DNA of 64,000 nt from an uncultured Christensenella sp. (GCA_910585785.1 CAJUEV010000008.1:682-64681); one strand, 5' to 3'. Positions 7,659 to 17,287 are shown, counted from the first letter of the stretch. Made by a program: numbers and translations. The notes: generated from the sequence alone by a model not told the origin.

Positions 7659-8864
7659 TCATTCTTCCCCAAAATCCCATTTTAAGTAATTTACTTTCTC
7701 CGCCTCGCGCAACTGAAATTCTTCCGAATAATGCGTGTAAACGGTAGTCGTAATCGTTCCGCTTAACGAATGCCCCGCCCAAATACTGACGACTTCGCTT
7801 AAAACGCCGCTTTCTTTGCTCCTGCTGATGAACGTATGTCTTAACTCGTGGGAGTGGTGATTCGGGAACAACCTTTTCATTGTAGTCTGCAACGTACTTA
7901 AGTTTACGCGCTTCGCCTTTTCAAAGTCGATATACGGCAATACTTGTTTCATCATCGGCGTAATAGGTATTTTGCGTTTTACAACGTTTTTACCCATACG
8001 CTCTTTGCTTGTTTCGCATTCGAGCCAAACACCGTCTATTACGTTTATGCTTGCAAGTTCGCTACGTCTAAGCCCTGCGTACAACAACACGAGAAAGGCG
8101 TGAGCGGTATCTTTTTTGAGATTTGCAAGGCAATGATTGACAAGCTTCTTTTCTTCCTCGTAGGTAAAAGCCGTTCCAACCTTGCTTTGATAGTTTGGTA
8201 CGACAACCTTTTTCATCGGTGTGGGGATGTTGTAGTCCTCCGCAATCATATCGAAAATACAACGTAGCAAGAGAAATAGTTTGTGCGACGTATGTAAAAC
8301 ACCTTTTTGAACGTAGGTTAAAAGGAAGTTCTGCAACATACATCTGTCTATCTCTATTGCCTTCATTTCTCCGAATGTGGGCAGAATGTCGCGATTTAAT
8401 AATCGTAAGTATTCATTGCAAGTCGATTGCTTTGTCGTAACCTTCTTAATGTTCAACCACTCGTCGGCGTATTCCGCAAAGGTCTTGTCCTTTTTATCGG
8501 ATTTTTCGTCTTTGTGATTAAGTTTATCGATAAATTTCTGTTTGAGTTTAGTTAAATCTTTGGACGAAACCTCTATGTCAATTCCCTGTCTATGGAATCT
8601 GGCTTCGTACACCCCGTCCTTTCTTAGACGGTAGTGAACTATCATATTGTTCGTCGCAAAAACATTTTTGTAGTTAATCGGCATCTGTGAAATCTCCTTT
8701 TTTGTAAATTTCAGCACACCCCGACGATTTTCAACTTTACTCTTTTCTGCTATGGGACCTAAACCCGCCAACACCTGCTTGTAAAGCTCATTTTGCTTTT
8801 TCAAAGCTTCAAGCAACTGCTGTACAGAATCGTCCGTTTGAATTGTGTTAGTTTGTTGTTTCAA
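7659..8864 (-). CDS. int: Tyrosine-type site-specific integrase
   Basis: 401 aa. Catalytic signature: AGLRRSEL (Arg), HELRHTF (H-x-x-R), LSGTITTTVYTHY (Tyr). Adjacent to the tRNA. TTG start. Confidence 0.9.
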   Translation of the reverse strand: MKQQTNTIQTDDSVQQLLEALKKQNELYKQVLAGLGPIAEKSKVENRRGVLKFTKKEISQMPINYKNVFATNNMIVHYRLRKDGVYEARFHRQGIDIEVSSKDLTKLKQKFIDKLNHKDEKSDKKDKTFAEYADEWLNIKKVTTKQSTCNEYLRLLNRDILPTFGEMKAIEIDRCMLQNFLLTYVQKGVLHTSHKLFLLLRCIFDMIAEDYNIPTPMKKVVVPNYQSKVGTAFTYEEEKKLVNHCLANLKKDTAHAFLVLLYAGLRRSELASINVIDGVWLECETSKERMGKNVVKRKIPITPMMKQVLPYIDFEKAKRVNLSTLQTTMKRLFPNHHSHELRHTFISRSKESGVLSEVVSIWAGHSLSGTITTTVYTHYSEEFQLREAEKVNYLKWDFGEE

Positions 8865-9550
8865 GTATCCTTATTCGGACTTATATTTCGGATTTACACC
8901 GCGTCCTTATAGTTAAGAATACTATGTCCTCTTTTCAAAACTTTTTTCCTCCTTAAAAATTATTTTTTGCAAGCGGAGGGAGCTGTCCGTCACTTTCCGT
9001 CTGCGGAATGTTAATACGATTATAGCGGTCCTTTTGAGTTTGTCAAGTGGTTACCACAAATTTTTTGCCGTAGGCAAATCAAAAGTGGGTTTCCCACTTT
9101 TTGCTCCTCGTAGGTGGAAATATACCACCTTCTTTATCCTGCTTACCTTTTTTAGTAAAATCGTCCCACTTTTTTGGTGTAAAAAGTAATTGTCTTTGCT
9201 ATGGTTTATCTCTTGAATGATACATATAACGATTGTCCCTTACAATTATCTCGACAACCATTATACGTATTAAATATGACAGATTTGGGCTTGTTTAAAA
9301 ATTTTCCTGAAACAATTTTATACTGTAAACATTTGCGTCAAACTGCCACAATCCACTTAATTTTAGGAGGCAGGATAAGGGAAGTGCCACAACGGGCAAC
9401 TCCGAAACGTTCGCTTTGTTCTCTCGAAACAAGCGGGAAACCCGCTTTTCTTGAATAAATGTACATAAAATTTTAGCTACTGTTCATCTGATTGACCTCC
9501 TTTGTGATATTTGAGGATTCTCTCTCAATTTAGCATTATACAAAAGTATC

Positions 9551-9569
9551 TATGACGTATATTGTCATA
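9551..9569. promoter_or_regulatory. Palindromic operator TATGAC-N7-GTCATA (copy 1), overlapping a minus-strand promoter
   Basis: TATGACGTATATTGTCATA. An extended -10 (TGTATAAT on the minus strand, 9535-9542) lies 9 nt away and faces the integrase. An extra half-site GTCATA is at 9594-9599. Confidence 0.55.
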
Positions 9570-9609
9570 TTTAAAAAGTTTTTTTAATATTTTGTCATAA
9601 ATATTTCCA

Positions 9610-9646
9610 CTAAATAAGTAAACCGCCGACGGAGTTCCGTCGGCGG
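9610..9646 (-). terminator. Intrinsic terminator downstream of the fic gene
   Basis: CCGCCGACGG-AGTT-CCGTCGGCGG (9623-9646). On the minus strand it is followed by TTTACTTATTT. Confidence 0.7.
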
Positions 9647-9668
9647 CTGGCTGGCTATTTTAACCTTT

Positions 9669-10601
9669 TTAATCTTCTGTTTCGTAATAGTAGGAATAGT
9701 CTATACCTTTCATAAACATTTCACGGTTGTCAATTTCGTCTGTAAGCGCACTGCTGATAAGTGCAAGAATATCGGTATAATCCGCAGGACTTTTCTGCAT
9801 TGCTGTAAGATACGCCCGCTTGTCTATCTTGCTCCAATCTACGCATTTGCGCAAATTCTTTTTCAAAATTAAGTCAAGCCAGATTCTCGTACTTCTGCCG
9901 TTACCCTCCATAAAGGGATGAGCGACGTTCATTTCTACATACTTCTTAACAATGTTTTCAATCGTATCTTCCGGCATCTTGTCAATGATTGCAAGGTTTT
10001 CTTTTAAATACATTGACGGGGCAAACGCAAAGCCGCCTTTTGCAATGTTCAAGCTGCGAATTTTCCCTGCAAAATCGTAAAGCCCGCCAAAAATATATCC
10101 GTGAATTTGTTGTAAACCTTTCGTCGTTCCCACTTCGATTTCGTCTATCAAACCGTTTTCAAGGAGTTCGTAAGCCTTTTGTTTACTCTTTTCGTCTAAC
10201 GTACTGCCGATTCCTTTTACCCATCTGGAAAAGTTCTCTTTGTTTTTTGCAGGTATGAGCGCAGTAATAAGAGTAACGCCGTCTTCGTCCACGACGTCGG
10301 TAAGGTATGACTTCCCGTCGTTTGCCTTCAATTTCAGTTGTTTGCAAATTGCAATCAACTGAGTATTTCGGCGTTTCATTGTTGCCCAATAAACACGCGG
10401 ATTACTGCTTTTTGTCAACGCCTCGGCAATATCCATAGCGCAAAACCACCATTTGGAACTCTCATCATCCCAAACAGCTCTAACTGGAATATTCTCAAAA
10501 AATCTAATTGACGTTTTTATCATGGCAATTTGATCCGTGCGCTTTTTCTTTATTCTATCATAAAAATTAAATTCTTGCAATCTGTTCAAACGCATTTCCA
10601 A
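9669..10601 (-). CDS. Fic/DOC family protein with an N-terminal Bro-N/DinD-like domain
   Basis: Fic motif [13 protein letters not shown]-terminus [31 protein letters not shown] resembles Bro-N DNA-binding domains. Start uncertain (10601 TTG, 10595 ATG or 10523 ATG). Confidence 0.8.
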   Translation of the reverse strand: MEMRLNRLQEFNFYDRIKKKRTDQIAMIKTSIRFFENIPVRAVWDDESSKWWFCAMDIAEALTKSSNPRVYWATMKRRNTQLIAICKQLKLKANDGKSYLTDVVDEDGVTLITALIPAKNKENFSRWVKGIGSTLDEKSKQKAYELLENGLIDEIEVGTTKGLQQIHGYIFGGLYDFAGKIRSLNIAKGGFAFAPSMYLKENLAIIDKMPEDTIENIVKKYVEMNVAHPFMEGNGRSTRIWLDLILKKNLRKCVDWSKIDKRAYLTAMQKSPADYTDILALISSALTDEIDNREMFMKGIDYSYYYETED

Positions 10602-10623
10602 ATAAGATGTTTTTCTGGTTTTA

Positions 10624-10652
10624 TTGACAATAAACTCTAATTATGCTATAAT
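10624..10652 (+). promoter_or_regulatory. Consensus sigma-A-type promoter for the XRE/nuclease/R-M operon
   Basis: TTGACA (10624-10629), 17-bp spacer, TATAAT (10647-10652). ATG of the XRE gene is at 10677. Confidence 0.75.
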
Positions 10653-10676
10653 ATGTTATAATTTGATAGGTATATT

Positions 10677-10880
10677 ATGGAATTCTCAAAATTCTGCCTT
10701 GAAACAAGGCTAAAACTCAATTTAAGTCAGGAAATGTTGGCGCGAAAGCTCGACGTTTCTTTTGCTACAATCAACCGCTGGGAGAACGGCAAAGCCCTTC
10801 CCCAGAAACTGACCCTATACCGTTTTGAAAAGTTCTGCGAAGAAAACGGTATAGAATTTGTTGCAAATTTGACTCTTTGA
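10677..10880 (+). CDS. XRE-family HTH regulator (possible controller protein of the operon)
   Basis: LNLSQEMLARKLDVSFATINRWENGKALP is a typical HTH_3 motif. First gene after the consensus promoter. Confidence 0.8.
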   Translation: MEFSKFCLETRLKLNLSQEMLARKLDVSFATINRWENGKALPQKLTLYRFEKFCEENGIEFVANLTL

Positions 10881-10905
10881 AAATTTAACGTGCGAGGAAA
10901 TTATT

Positions 10906-11736
10906 ATGGCTACTAGTAAGAAACTTGAAATTATATATTACAACGGACAACCTGACGGTGTGCGTTCTGTCCGTCGTCATCTGTCTACAATTACTACTTA
11001 TGTTATACCGCGTCCTTTACTTTCGGAGGCAGAGAAAATTTCGGGTATTACAAGACCCGGCATTTATTATCTGATTAACGATAACGATGAAAATAAGATT
11101 GCACAAATCTATATCGGGCAGACGCGCAACGGTGTTACACGCCTTGATGACCATAACCGTTCCAAAGATTTCTGGAATAAAGCGATTATGTTTCTTGCTG
11201 ACAACAAGACTTTTTCGCTTGATATGATAAGCGGACTTGAAGAATACGCCATTATCAAAGCTCACGAAGCAAAGCGTTATAAGGTTGAAAATTCAGTTAA
11301 GCCAAAATATGAGATTGACGAATACGACCTTCCCTCTATTGAGGAAGTCTACGACGAAATTCAGTTCGTTATGGCAACGCTCGGCTACAAGATGAACGAT
11401 GCAAAACAGACCAGAAACGAATCTGAAATTTTTCACACAACACGCAACGGAATTACCGCTTACGGTATTTATAGCGGCGATAAGTTTCAGGTATTGGAAG
11501 ACTCAGAAATCAATATTACAAAACCTGTCAGTCTTCCTAAATACAATAGGCAGCGTGAAGAGCTGTTGCAAAAAGGAGATATAAGCGTTAATGGCAAGAA
11601 ATACGTTCTGAATGTAATTTTGGAATTCAATACCCCGAGCGGTGCAAGTGATTTTGTTCTTGGCGGTTCCACTAACGGCTGGATTGAATGGAAAAACAAA
11701 AATGGAAAGACATTAGACGAAATTTATAGAAAATAA
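10906..11736 (+). CDS. GIY-YIG nuclease-domain protein with C-terminal DUF4357-like domain
   Basis: GIYYLINDNDENKIAQIYIGQT...RLDDH (GIY...YIG...R). The C-terminus SGASDFVLGGSTNGWIEWKNKNGKTLDEIY matches the DUF4357 pattern often found beside R-M methyltransferases. Confidence 0.75.
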   Translation: MATSKKLEIIYYNGQPDGVRSVRRHLSTITTYVIPRPLLSEAEKISGITRPGIYYLINDNDENKIAQIYIGQTRNGVTRLDDHNRSKDFWNKAIMFLADNKTFSLDMISGLEEYAIIKAHEAKRYKVENSVKPKYEIDEYDLPSIEEVYDEIQFVMATLGYKMNDAKQTRNESEIFHTTRNGITAYGIYSGDKFQVLEDSEINITKPVSLPKYNRQREELLQKGDISVNGKKYVLNVILEFNTPSGASDFVLGGSTNGWIEWKNKNGKTLDEIYRK

Positions 11737-11744
11737 TTTTTATA

Positions 11745-11763
11745 TATGACTATATATGTCATA
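11745..11763. promoter_or_regulatory. Palindromic operator TATGAC-N7-GTCATA (copy 2), just upstream of mod
   Basis: (A)TATGACTATATATGTCATA(T). Located 37 nt before the mod ATG, next to a TATAAT hexamer at 11775-11780. Confidence 0.55.
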
Positions 11764-11799
11764 TTATTAGGTTTATAATAGATTAACAAGGATTTAAAA

Positions 11800-13404
11800 A
11801 TGAGTACAAATATCTCCAAAGAAAAAAGAGAAAATCTTATAGGTAAAATAAAAGCTATACGCGAGTATATTGCTGCCGCACCGCAAGATGAAAATACGGG
11901 AAATCTTTTAACGTATCTTTCTGAAATTGAAAAAGATATAAAAGGAAAGAAATACGGCTTAGTGTTTGAAGAACACCGTGAAAGCATAGATGATATTCTT
12001 GCTACTCACACTCCCGTTCTTTCAGAAGATACAGATTTATTAATTGATAATGGTGGTCAAATGAACTTCCTTATTGAAGGAGATAATTTGGCTTCTTTAC
12101 AGCTTCTCGAAAAAACCCATAAAGGTAAAATAGATTTAATTTACATAGATCCCCCTTACAATACAGGGAACAAAGATTTTATCTATAACGATAGCTTTGT
12201 TAATGGTGATGATGAATTCCGGCATAGCAAATGGGCATCTTTCATATACAAACGCTTATCAATCGCAAAACGACTTCTCTCACATAAAGGAATGATTTTT
12301 ATAAGCATTGACGACAACGAAGTCTATTCATTAAAATTTATTTGTGATAGTATTTTCGGAGAAAACAATTATATTTCATCTATTGTTTGGAAAAGAAAGA
12401 GAGGTCGAGATAATTCAGCAAAATGGGTTAGCAAAGCACATGAATATCTTCTTGTTTACGCAAATAGAAAAGAAAACTGTACATTGAACTATTTAGAATT
12501 AGATGAGGAAACCAAGAAAGCCTATAAAAACCCAGATAACGATCCTCGCGGTATTTACCGTATGTTGGGTTGTTGGGCCAGAGGAACTCAAGGTGGAGTT
12601 AAATATGATTTCACTACTAAAGATGGAAAATATTTTTCTGAACGGTTATGGCTTTTCAGTAAAGAAAATTTGAGAAAATTAGATGAAAATAATAAATTAA
12701 TTATACGCGGAGAAAACATTTATCGAAAAATGTTCATCTATGAAAATAAAGGCAAAATAGCTGATTCTGTTTGGGATGATGTATCTAACGCTGCAAATGC
12801 GTCTGATGAGATTAAGAGTATTTTTAATAATATAGCTTTTGATACAGCTAAGCCTATCCCCTACATAAAACGAATAATTCAGTTAGCATCATCAAAGAAC
12901 TCAATTATTCTTGATTTCTTTGCTGGCAGTGGGACAACAGGGCACGCCATTATGAAGCTTAATGCTGAAGATGAAGGAAATAGAAAATTTATCTTGTGTA
13001 CTAACAACGAAAACAATATTTGTCGCAATATAACTTATGAACGCATTAAACGTGTTATTGATAAGGAAATTTATAGTGCAAGTTTAAAGTATTACAAAGT
13101 TGACTATGTTCCCATCTCCGATAAACTCTACTATGAGTACGCAGACGAACTATTAAAGCATATTAGAGAACTTGTTGAACTTGAAAACGGAGTAAACTTT
13201 AAAGGCAACAATGAAATAGCTATATTACTTACAGAAGATGAAGTTAACGCCTTTGTATCCGACGAAGATAAACTTAAAGTTTGCAAAAAAGTATATATTG
13301 GACACGATGTGCTTTTGGACGGTAATCAAGAATATATACTTGAGCAAAACAAAATTGAATTGAACATTATTCCTGAATATTATTACAAGGAATTGGAGGC
13401 TTAA
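11800..13404 (+). CDS. mod: Type III R-M DNA methyltransferase (Mod, N6-adenine/N4-cytosine beta class)
   Basis: Motif IV IYIDPPYNTG precedes motif I DFFAGSGTTGHA (beta-class order), with a central variable region. RBS AAGGA. Confidence 0.9.
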   Translation: MSTNISKEKRENLIGKIKAIREYIAAAPQDENTGNLLTYLSEIEKDIKGKKYGLVFEEHRESIDDILATHTPVLSEDTDLLIDNGGQMNFLIEGDNLASLQLLEKTHKGKIDLIYIDPPYNTGNKDFIYNDSFVNGDDEFRHSKWASFIYKRLSIAKRLLSHKGMIFISIDDNEVYSLKFICDSIFGENNYISSIVWKRKRGRDNSAKWVSKAHEYLLVYANRKENCTLNYLELDEETKKAYKNPDNDPRGIYRMLGCWARGTQGGVKYDFTTKDGKYFSERLWLFSKENLRKLDENNKLIIRGENIYRKMFIYENKGKIADSVWDDVSNAANASDEIKSIFNNIAFDTAKPIPYIKRIIQLASSKNSIILDFFAGSGTTGHAIMKLNAEDEGNRKFILCTNNENNICRNITYERIKRVIDKEIYSASLKYYKVDYVPISDKLYYEYADELLKHIRELVELENGVNFKGNNEIAILLTEDEVNAFVSDEDKLKVCKKVYIGHDVLLDGNQEYILEQNKIELNIIPEYYYKELEA

Positions 13405-13406
13405 AT

Positions 13407-15599
13407 ATGGCAATACAATTGAAAAACTTCCAACTTAAAGCAGTTGATTCGCTAATGGATGCAATGCACAACGATAAAAGAGAAATCATATTAAAAAGCT
13501 GCACCGGTAGCGGTAAAACAATAATTTTAACACACTTTATCAATACATATATGCGGAGTTTTGGAAATACCGTATTTGTTTGGCTTACACCAGGTAAAGG
13601 CAATTTGGAAGAACAAAGCAAAGAGAAAATGGATCAATACATATACGGTGCCTCTACTAAATTGTTATGCGATGTTATGACAAGCGGATTTAATGCAGGC
13701 GATTCGTGTTTTATTAACTGGGAAAAACTAACAAAAAAAGGAAATACCGCCCTGCGCGATAGCGAAAGAACCAATTTCCTTGAACATATAGAAAAAGCTT
13801 TAGATTCTGGCATTACTTTCAAAGTAATCGTCGACGAATCCCACCAAAACGATACAATTAAAGCGGATGAAATTATCGAATATTTCAAGACAGATAAGAT
13901 CGTCCGTTGTTCTGCCACACCTAAACCTTACAGAAATGCGTTTACAGTAGAAGTTCCTGAAGAAGACGTAATCGCTGAAGGATTAATTAAAAAACTATTG
14001 ATTATCAATGAAAACTTTGAACAGAATATAACGGTTGATGACCAAATTACTTACCTAATTGATAAAGCACTTGATAAGCAACGAGAACTACATTCTGCCT
14101 TTTTAAGATTAAAAGCGAATATCAACCCTCTTATTGTTGTTCAACTTCCTAATAAGTCGGATGCATTGTTAGAAAGTGTTGAAAGATATTTCAACAGCAA
14201 AGGAATTTCATACGAAAATAATCAACTGGCAGTTTGGCTTTCTGATAAAAAACAAAACCTTGAAAATATTGTTCAACCTAATGCTACCCCCATTGCCGTT
14301 ATAATAAAACAAGCTGTTGCTACTGGTTGGGATTGCCCTCGCGCTCATATACTTGTCAAGCTACGCGATAATATGAGTGAAACGTTTGAAATTCAAACTA
14401 TTGGGCGAATTCGTAGAATGCCAGAAGCTAAGCACTATGAAAACGATTTGCTTGACAGTTGCTATCTCTATACACTTGACGGAGCTTTTACTGAGAGTGT
14501 TAAACAATCATTAGGAAAAGGCGCGCTTGATGCAAGAAAATTGTTATTAAAACCAGAACATCGAGCTTTTACAATTATTACTGAATACAAGACAGATGTT
14601 CCCTTCCCAAGAGATGCGGCTTTAACTTTACGAGTATTCAGCGAACACTTCAAAACAAAATATAGTCTAACAGGAAAACTTTTAGAGAACAAAACTAAGC
14701 TACAGGCATGCGGCTTTAACTTTAGTCAAGATATCGTTGACTATACAAAATCAGGATCAGTATCAAAATTAGAAAAAGAGCAGATTGACGACTTAAATGC
14801 TATTTCCATACATGAGGAACTTAACACAACTAAACACGGCAGAGATTATCATCACTGTGTGTCGGAAATCGGCTTAAAGGTTACTTTAGATTATTCTAGA
14901 ATAAACACTGTTGTAAGAAAACTTTTCCTTAAAGATTTGCGCAGTGATTATAAAGTGCTTGGATTAGAGATTCGAGAGCTGTATTCTTTCGTTATCAACA
15001 ATAAAGAACGTTTAATTGCCGAGATACGAGAAGCGATGTCGTCCACTATGCTTCAACAGTCGCTCAAGGTAAATAATATTACTGAGAAACCTCTTTCGTT
15101 CCCGTTAGAATATTTATTTACTTATGACGGAACGGCTAAAGTACAAACCGAGCTTACAAAAAACGTTTATAAAGGTTATTTGGTTTCTGCCGAAAAACGC
15201 TCGGCTTCGGAAAAATTATTTGAAAAGTTTTGCGAAAGTAGCAAGAACGTTGACTGGTTTTATAAAAACGGTGATAAGGGTGCAGAATATTTCTCGATCG
15301 TTTATGAAGATAATTTAGGAAAGCAAAAATCCTTTTATCCCGATTACATAATATCCATCAACGGAAAAATTTGGATTATCGAAACGAAAGGTGGCTTTAC
15401 CAAATCTGGCGAAAGTGAAGATATTGATAAATACACCGGTAAGAAATTTGAAGTGTTAAAACACTATTTGAACAAGTATGATTTAAAAGGCGGTATCGTA
15501 AGACAAGATAAACAAAGCTTTGAATTATGCATTTGTACTGACACATACTCCGACGACATCAAAAGTGATGCATGGAAGGTTTTAAGCGAGATTTTATAA
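13407..15599 (+). CDS. res: Type III restriction enzyme Res subunit (SF2 helicase + PD-(D/E)xK nuclease)
   Basis: Walker A CTGSGKT, DEAH-like VDESHQ, QTIGRIRR (motif VI), and C-terminal YPDYIISINGKIWIIETKG nuclease motif. Starts 2 nt after mod. Confidence 0.9.
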   Translation: MAIQLKNFQLKAVDSLMDAMHNDKREIILKSCTGSGKTIILTHFINTYMRSFGNTVFVWLTPGKGNLEEQSKEKMDQYIYGASTKLLCDVMTSGFNAGDSCFINWEKLTKKGNTALRDSERTNFLEHIEKALDSGITFKVIVDESHQNDTIKADEIIEYFKTDKIVRCSATPKPYRNAFTVEVPEEDVIAEGLIKKLLIINENFEQNITVDDQITYLIDKALDKQRELHSAFLRLKANINPLIVVQLPNKSDALLESVERYFNSKGISYENNQLAVWLSDKKQNLENIVQPNATPIAVIIKQAVATGWDCPRAHILVKLRDNMSETFEIQTIGRIRRMPEAKHYENDLLDSCYLYTLDGAFTESVKQSLGKGALDARKLLLKPEHRAFTIITEYKTDVPFPRDAALTLRVFSEHFKTKYSLTGKLLENKTKLQACGFNFSQDIVDYTKSGSVSKLEKEQIDDLNAISIHEELNTTKHGRDYHHCVSEIGLKVTLDYSRINTVVRKLFLKDLRSDYKVLGLEIRELYSFVINNKERLIAEIREAMSSTMLQQSLKVNNITEKPLSFPLEYLFTYDGTAKVQTELTKNVYKGYLVSAEKRSASEKLFEKFCESSKNVDWFYKNGDKGAEYFSIVYEDNLGKQKSFYPDYIISINGKIWIIETKGGFTKSGESEDIDKYTGKKFEVLKHYLNKYDLKGGIVRQDKQSFELCICTDTYSDDIKSDAWKVLSEIL

Positions 15600-15611
15600 G
15601 AGGTATAACAA

Positions 15612-16529
15612 ATGAAAGCTCCAAATAAGAATGTTCCTATTTACGTTTATTATGTAACAATTGAAAAACAGAAAAGTTCTACGGCAGCTTCTTCCAAATA
15701 TGATATGGGAGAAATAGTCAATGCCTTTACAAAGGTGTTACGATTTACTATTTCGCAAGAATTAACCGAACGTAAAATTGATAATACTGCAGCGGATAAA
15801 ATAATTTGGCTTGACGATTTTAAGGATTTAGAGAATGGAAATTATAATCTTATTTTCAAATCTGCTAAATATAATCATGTCCGAAATGAAATTGATACGG
15901 TAAATATGACTCCTTTAGGTCAGCGCAAACGTCCACAGGATGGCGATGAAGAAAAAACGCATCTGTGTATTCGCTTAGCGGATGGACAAATGAGATTTCT
16001 TGCTATTCATGAAAGCAATCATTATGGCATTTCTATTAAAGGAATCGTTGATTACTTAAATTCTCAATTTGAAAAGCTGAATGAACAAGACGAGCAAGAA
16101 GCATTTTATCGAGCTTCTTATGAAATTGTACCAAGTGAAGAGTTTTTGACACGGTTGAAAAAAGCTAAAACGATGCACGCAATGCGACTTGAGGTAGATA
16201 GAGAAGTATTTAAAGATGACTTTTGGTCATTATCTGGAAGAAACGATATTAGAGAAACTGTTGAAGTCGTTTTAAAACGCCCTAAGGGAACTAAAATTTT
16301 TCCGGAAAATTTAATTAAAGCGTATTATGATAATATGCAAAGCGACAGTCGAATAAAAAGTATAACCGTAAGTGGTCGTGGCTCAGCCAATGATACTATG
16401 GAAATTTCAACTGATTTGATTAAAATGAAGCATTGTATTTCAGTTGAGTGCGAGGATGTAACATTCGAAGTCCGTAGCTCTGACTTCTTTTTAAAAGCAC
16501 AAGGTTTTATAGATAATATGTCGAGGTAA
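15612..16529 (+). CDS. Hypothetical 305-aa soluble protein (no family recognised)
   Basis: RBS AGAGG. Starts 12 nt after the res stop. Charged and two-lobed, with acidic linker EKLNEQDEQEA. AT-rich composition like the rest of the island. Confidence 0.75.
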   Translation: MKAPNKNVPIYVYYVTIEKQKSSTAASSKYDMGEIVNAFTKVLRFTISQELTERKIDNTAADKIIWLDDFKDLENGNYNLIFKSAKYNHVRNEIDTVNMTPLGQRKRPQDGDEEKTHLCIRLADGQMRFLAIHESNHYGISIKGIVDYLNSQFEKLNEQDEQEAFYRASYEIVPSEEFLTRLKKAKTMHAMRLEVDREVFKDDFWSLSGRNDIRETVEVVLKRPKGTKIFPENLIKAYYDNMQSDSRIKSITVSGRGSANDTMEISTDLIKMKHCISVECEDVTFEVRSSDFFLKAQGFIDNMSR

Positions 16530-16533
16530 AGTT

Positions 16534-17064
16534 ATGAAAAGACTATTTTTACCGATTGTCGATTATTTTCGCACAAGACGGAAAGTCATATTGAAGTTTA
16601 TAGCTCCGATAATTTGTTCAGGAATTTTCATAGGATTATCTTTTTTGATTCCCCTACAAGAAGATGCTAACATTCCACAGATTTTTTCAGATTTCATTAA
16701 TGCTTTAATAAGTATCGTTGCAATTTTTATTTCATTTTCAATCGCCATTATTTCAATTTTGGTGTCTGCCGATAACCCTAATATACAGCGATTGAGAGAA
16801 ATGCAGTCAAAAGATGGTTCAATGAAAGAATTAAACGGAAAGCCGCTGACTCTATTTCAAGTCTTACTTTCCAATCTTGCTTACAATGTGTTTATTGAAG
16901 TTCTATTCTTAGTAGTACTTATTGTGTATTTACTTATCAAAGCTGTAATTCCCGAAGTAGCTATCCGATATTTAATTGCATTTGGGGTTTTTGGCATTGT
17001 TCATATTTTACTAATTCTTTTGGAAACAGTTGTGCAAATGTATCACACATTTTGGCAAAATTAA
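16534..17064 (+). CDS. Hypothetical 176-aa membrane protein (four hydrophobic helices, 2+2)
   Basis: Starts 4 nt after the upstream stop; GAGG lies upstream. Hydrophobic segments at about residues 19-41, 50-79, 105-135 and 143-167. Confidence 0.7.
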   Translation: MKRLFLPIVDYFRTRRKVILKFIAPIICSGIFIGLSFLIPLQEDANIPQIFSDFINALISIVAIFISFSIAIISILVSADNPNIQRLREMQSKDGSMKELNGKPLTLFQVLLSNLAYNVFIEVLFLVVLIVYLLIKAVIPEVAIRYLIAFGVFGIVHILLILLETVVQMYHTFWQN

Positions 17065-17246
17065 AGAATCATTTAACAACCGATAATAAGATTATATTTG
17101 GACGTTTAATCTATAATAAAAAAGTGTCTGAATACAAAGAGCACAAAAAATTTTTTAATGAACTCGCTCAACAAGTTATTGATTTTTGCATAGCTAACGT
17201 AAAAGACTATCATATTAAAACAGGAACAATCAAAGAAGAAAATTAG
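17052..17246 (+). CDS. Questionable 64-aa ORF (TTG start, overlaps upstream gene by 13 nt)
   Basis: Open frame only. No ATG and no SD. Lys-rich and soluble. Confidence 0.3.
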   Translation: MAKLKNHLTTDNKIIFGRLIYNKKVSEYKEHKKFFNELAQQVIDFCIANVKDYHIKTGTIKEEN

Positions 17247-17287
17247 AATCTTAAGTTAAATATATACCAAAGAGGCAATTTATAAAA

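Noticed and set aside
9201-9458. 85-aa ORF in the int-fic spacer.
   Set aside because: It has no SD, a compositionally odd translation, and its 3' end runs through a terminator-like hairpin. I treat it as noncoding (see the finding on this spacer).
11800-13404. Phase-variable simple-sequence repeat in the Type III mod gene (phasevarion).
   Set aside because: Only short homopolymer runs (about A6-A7) are present, and there are no tetra- or penta-nucleotide repeat tracts.
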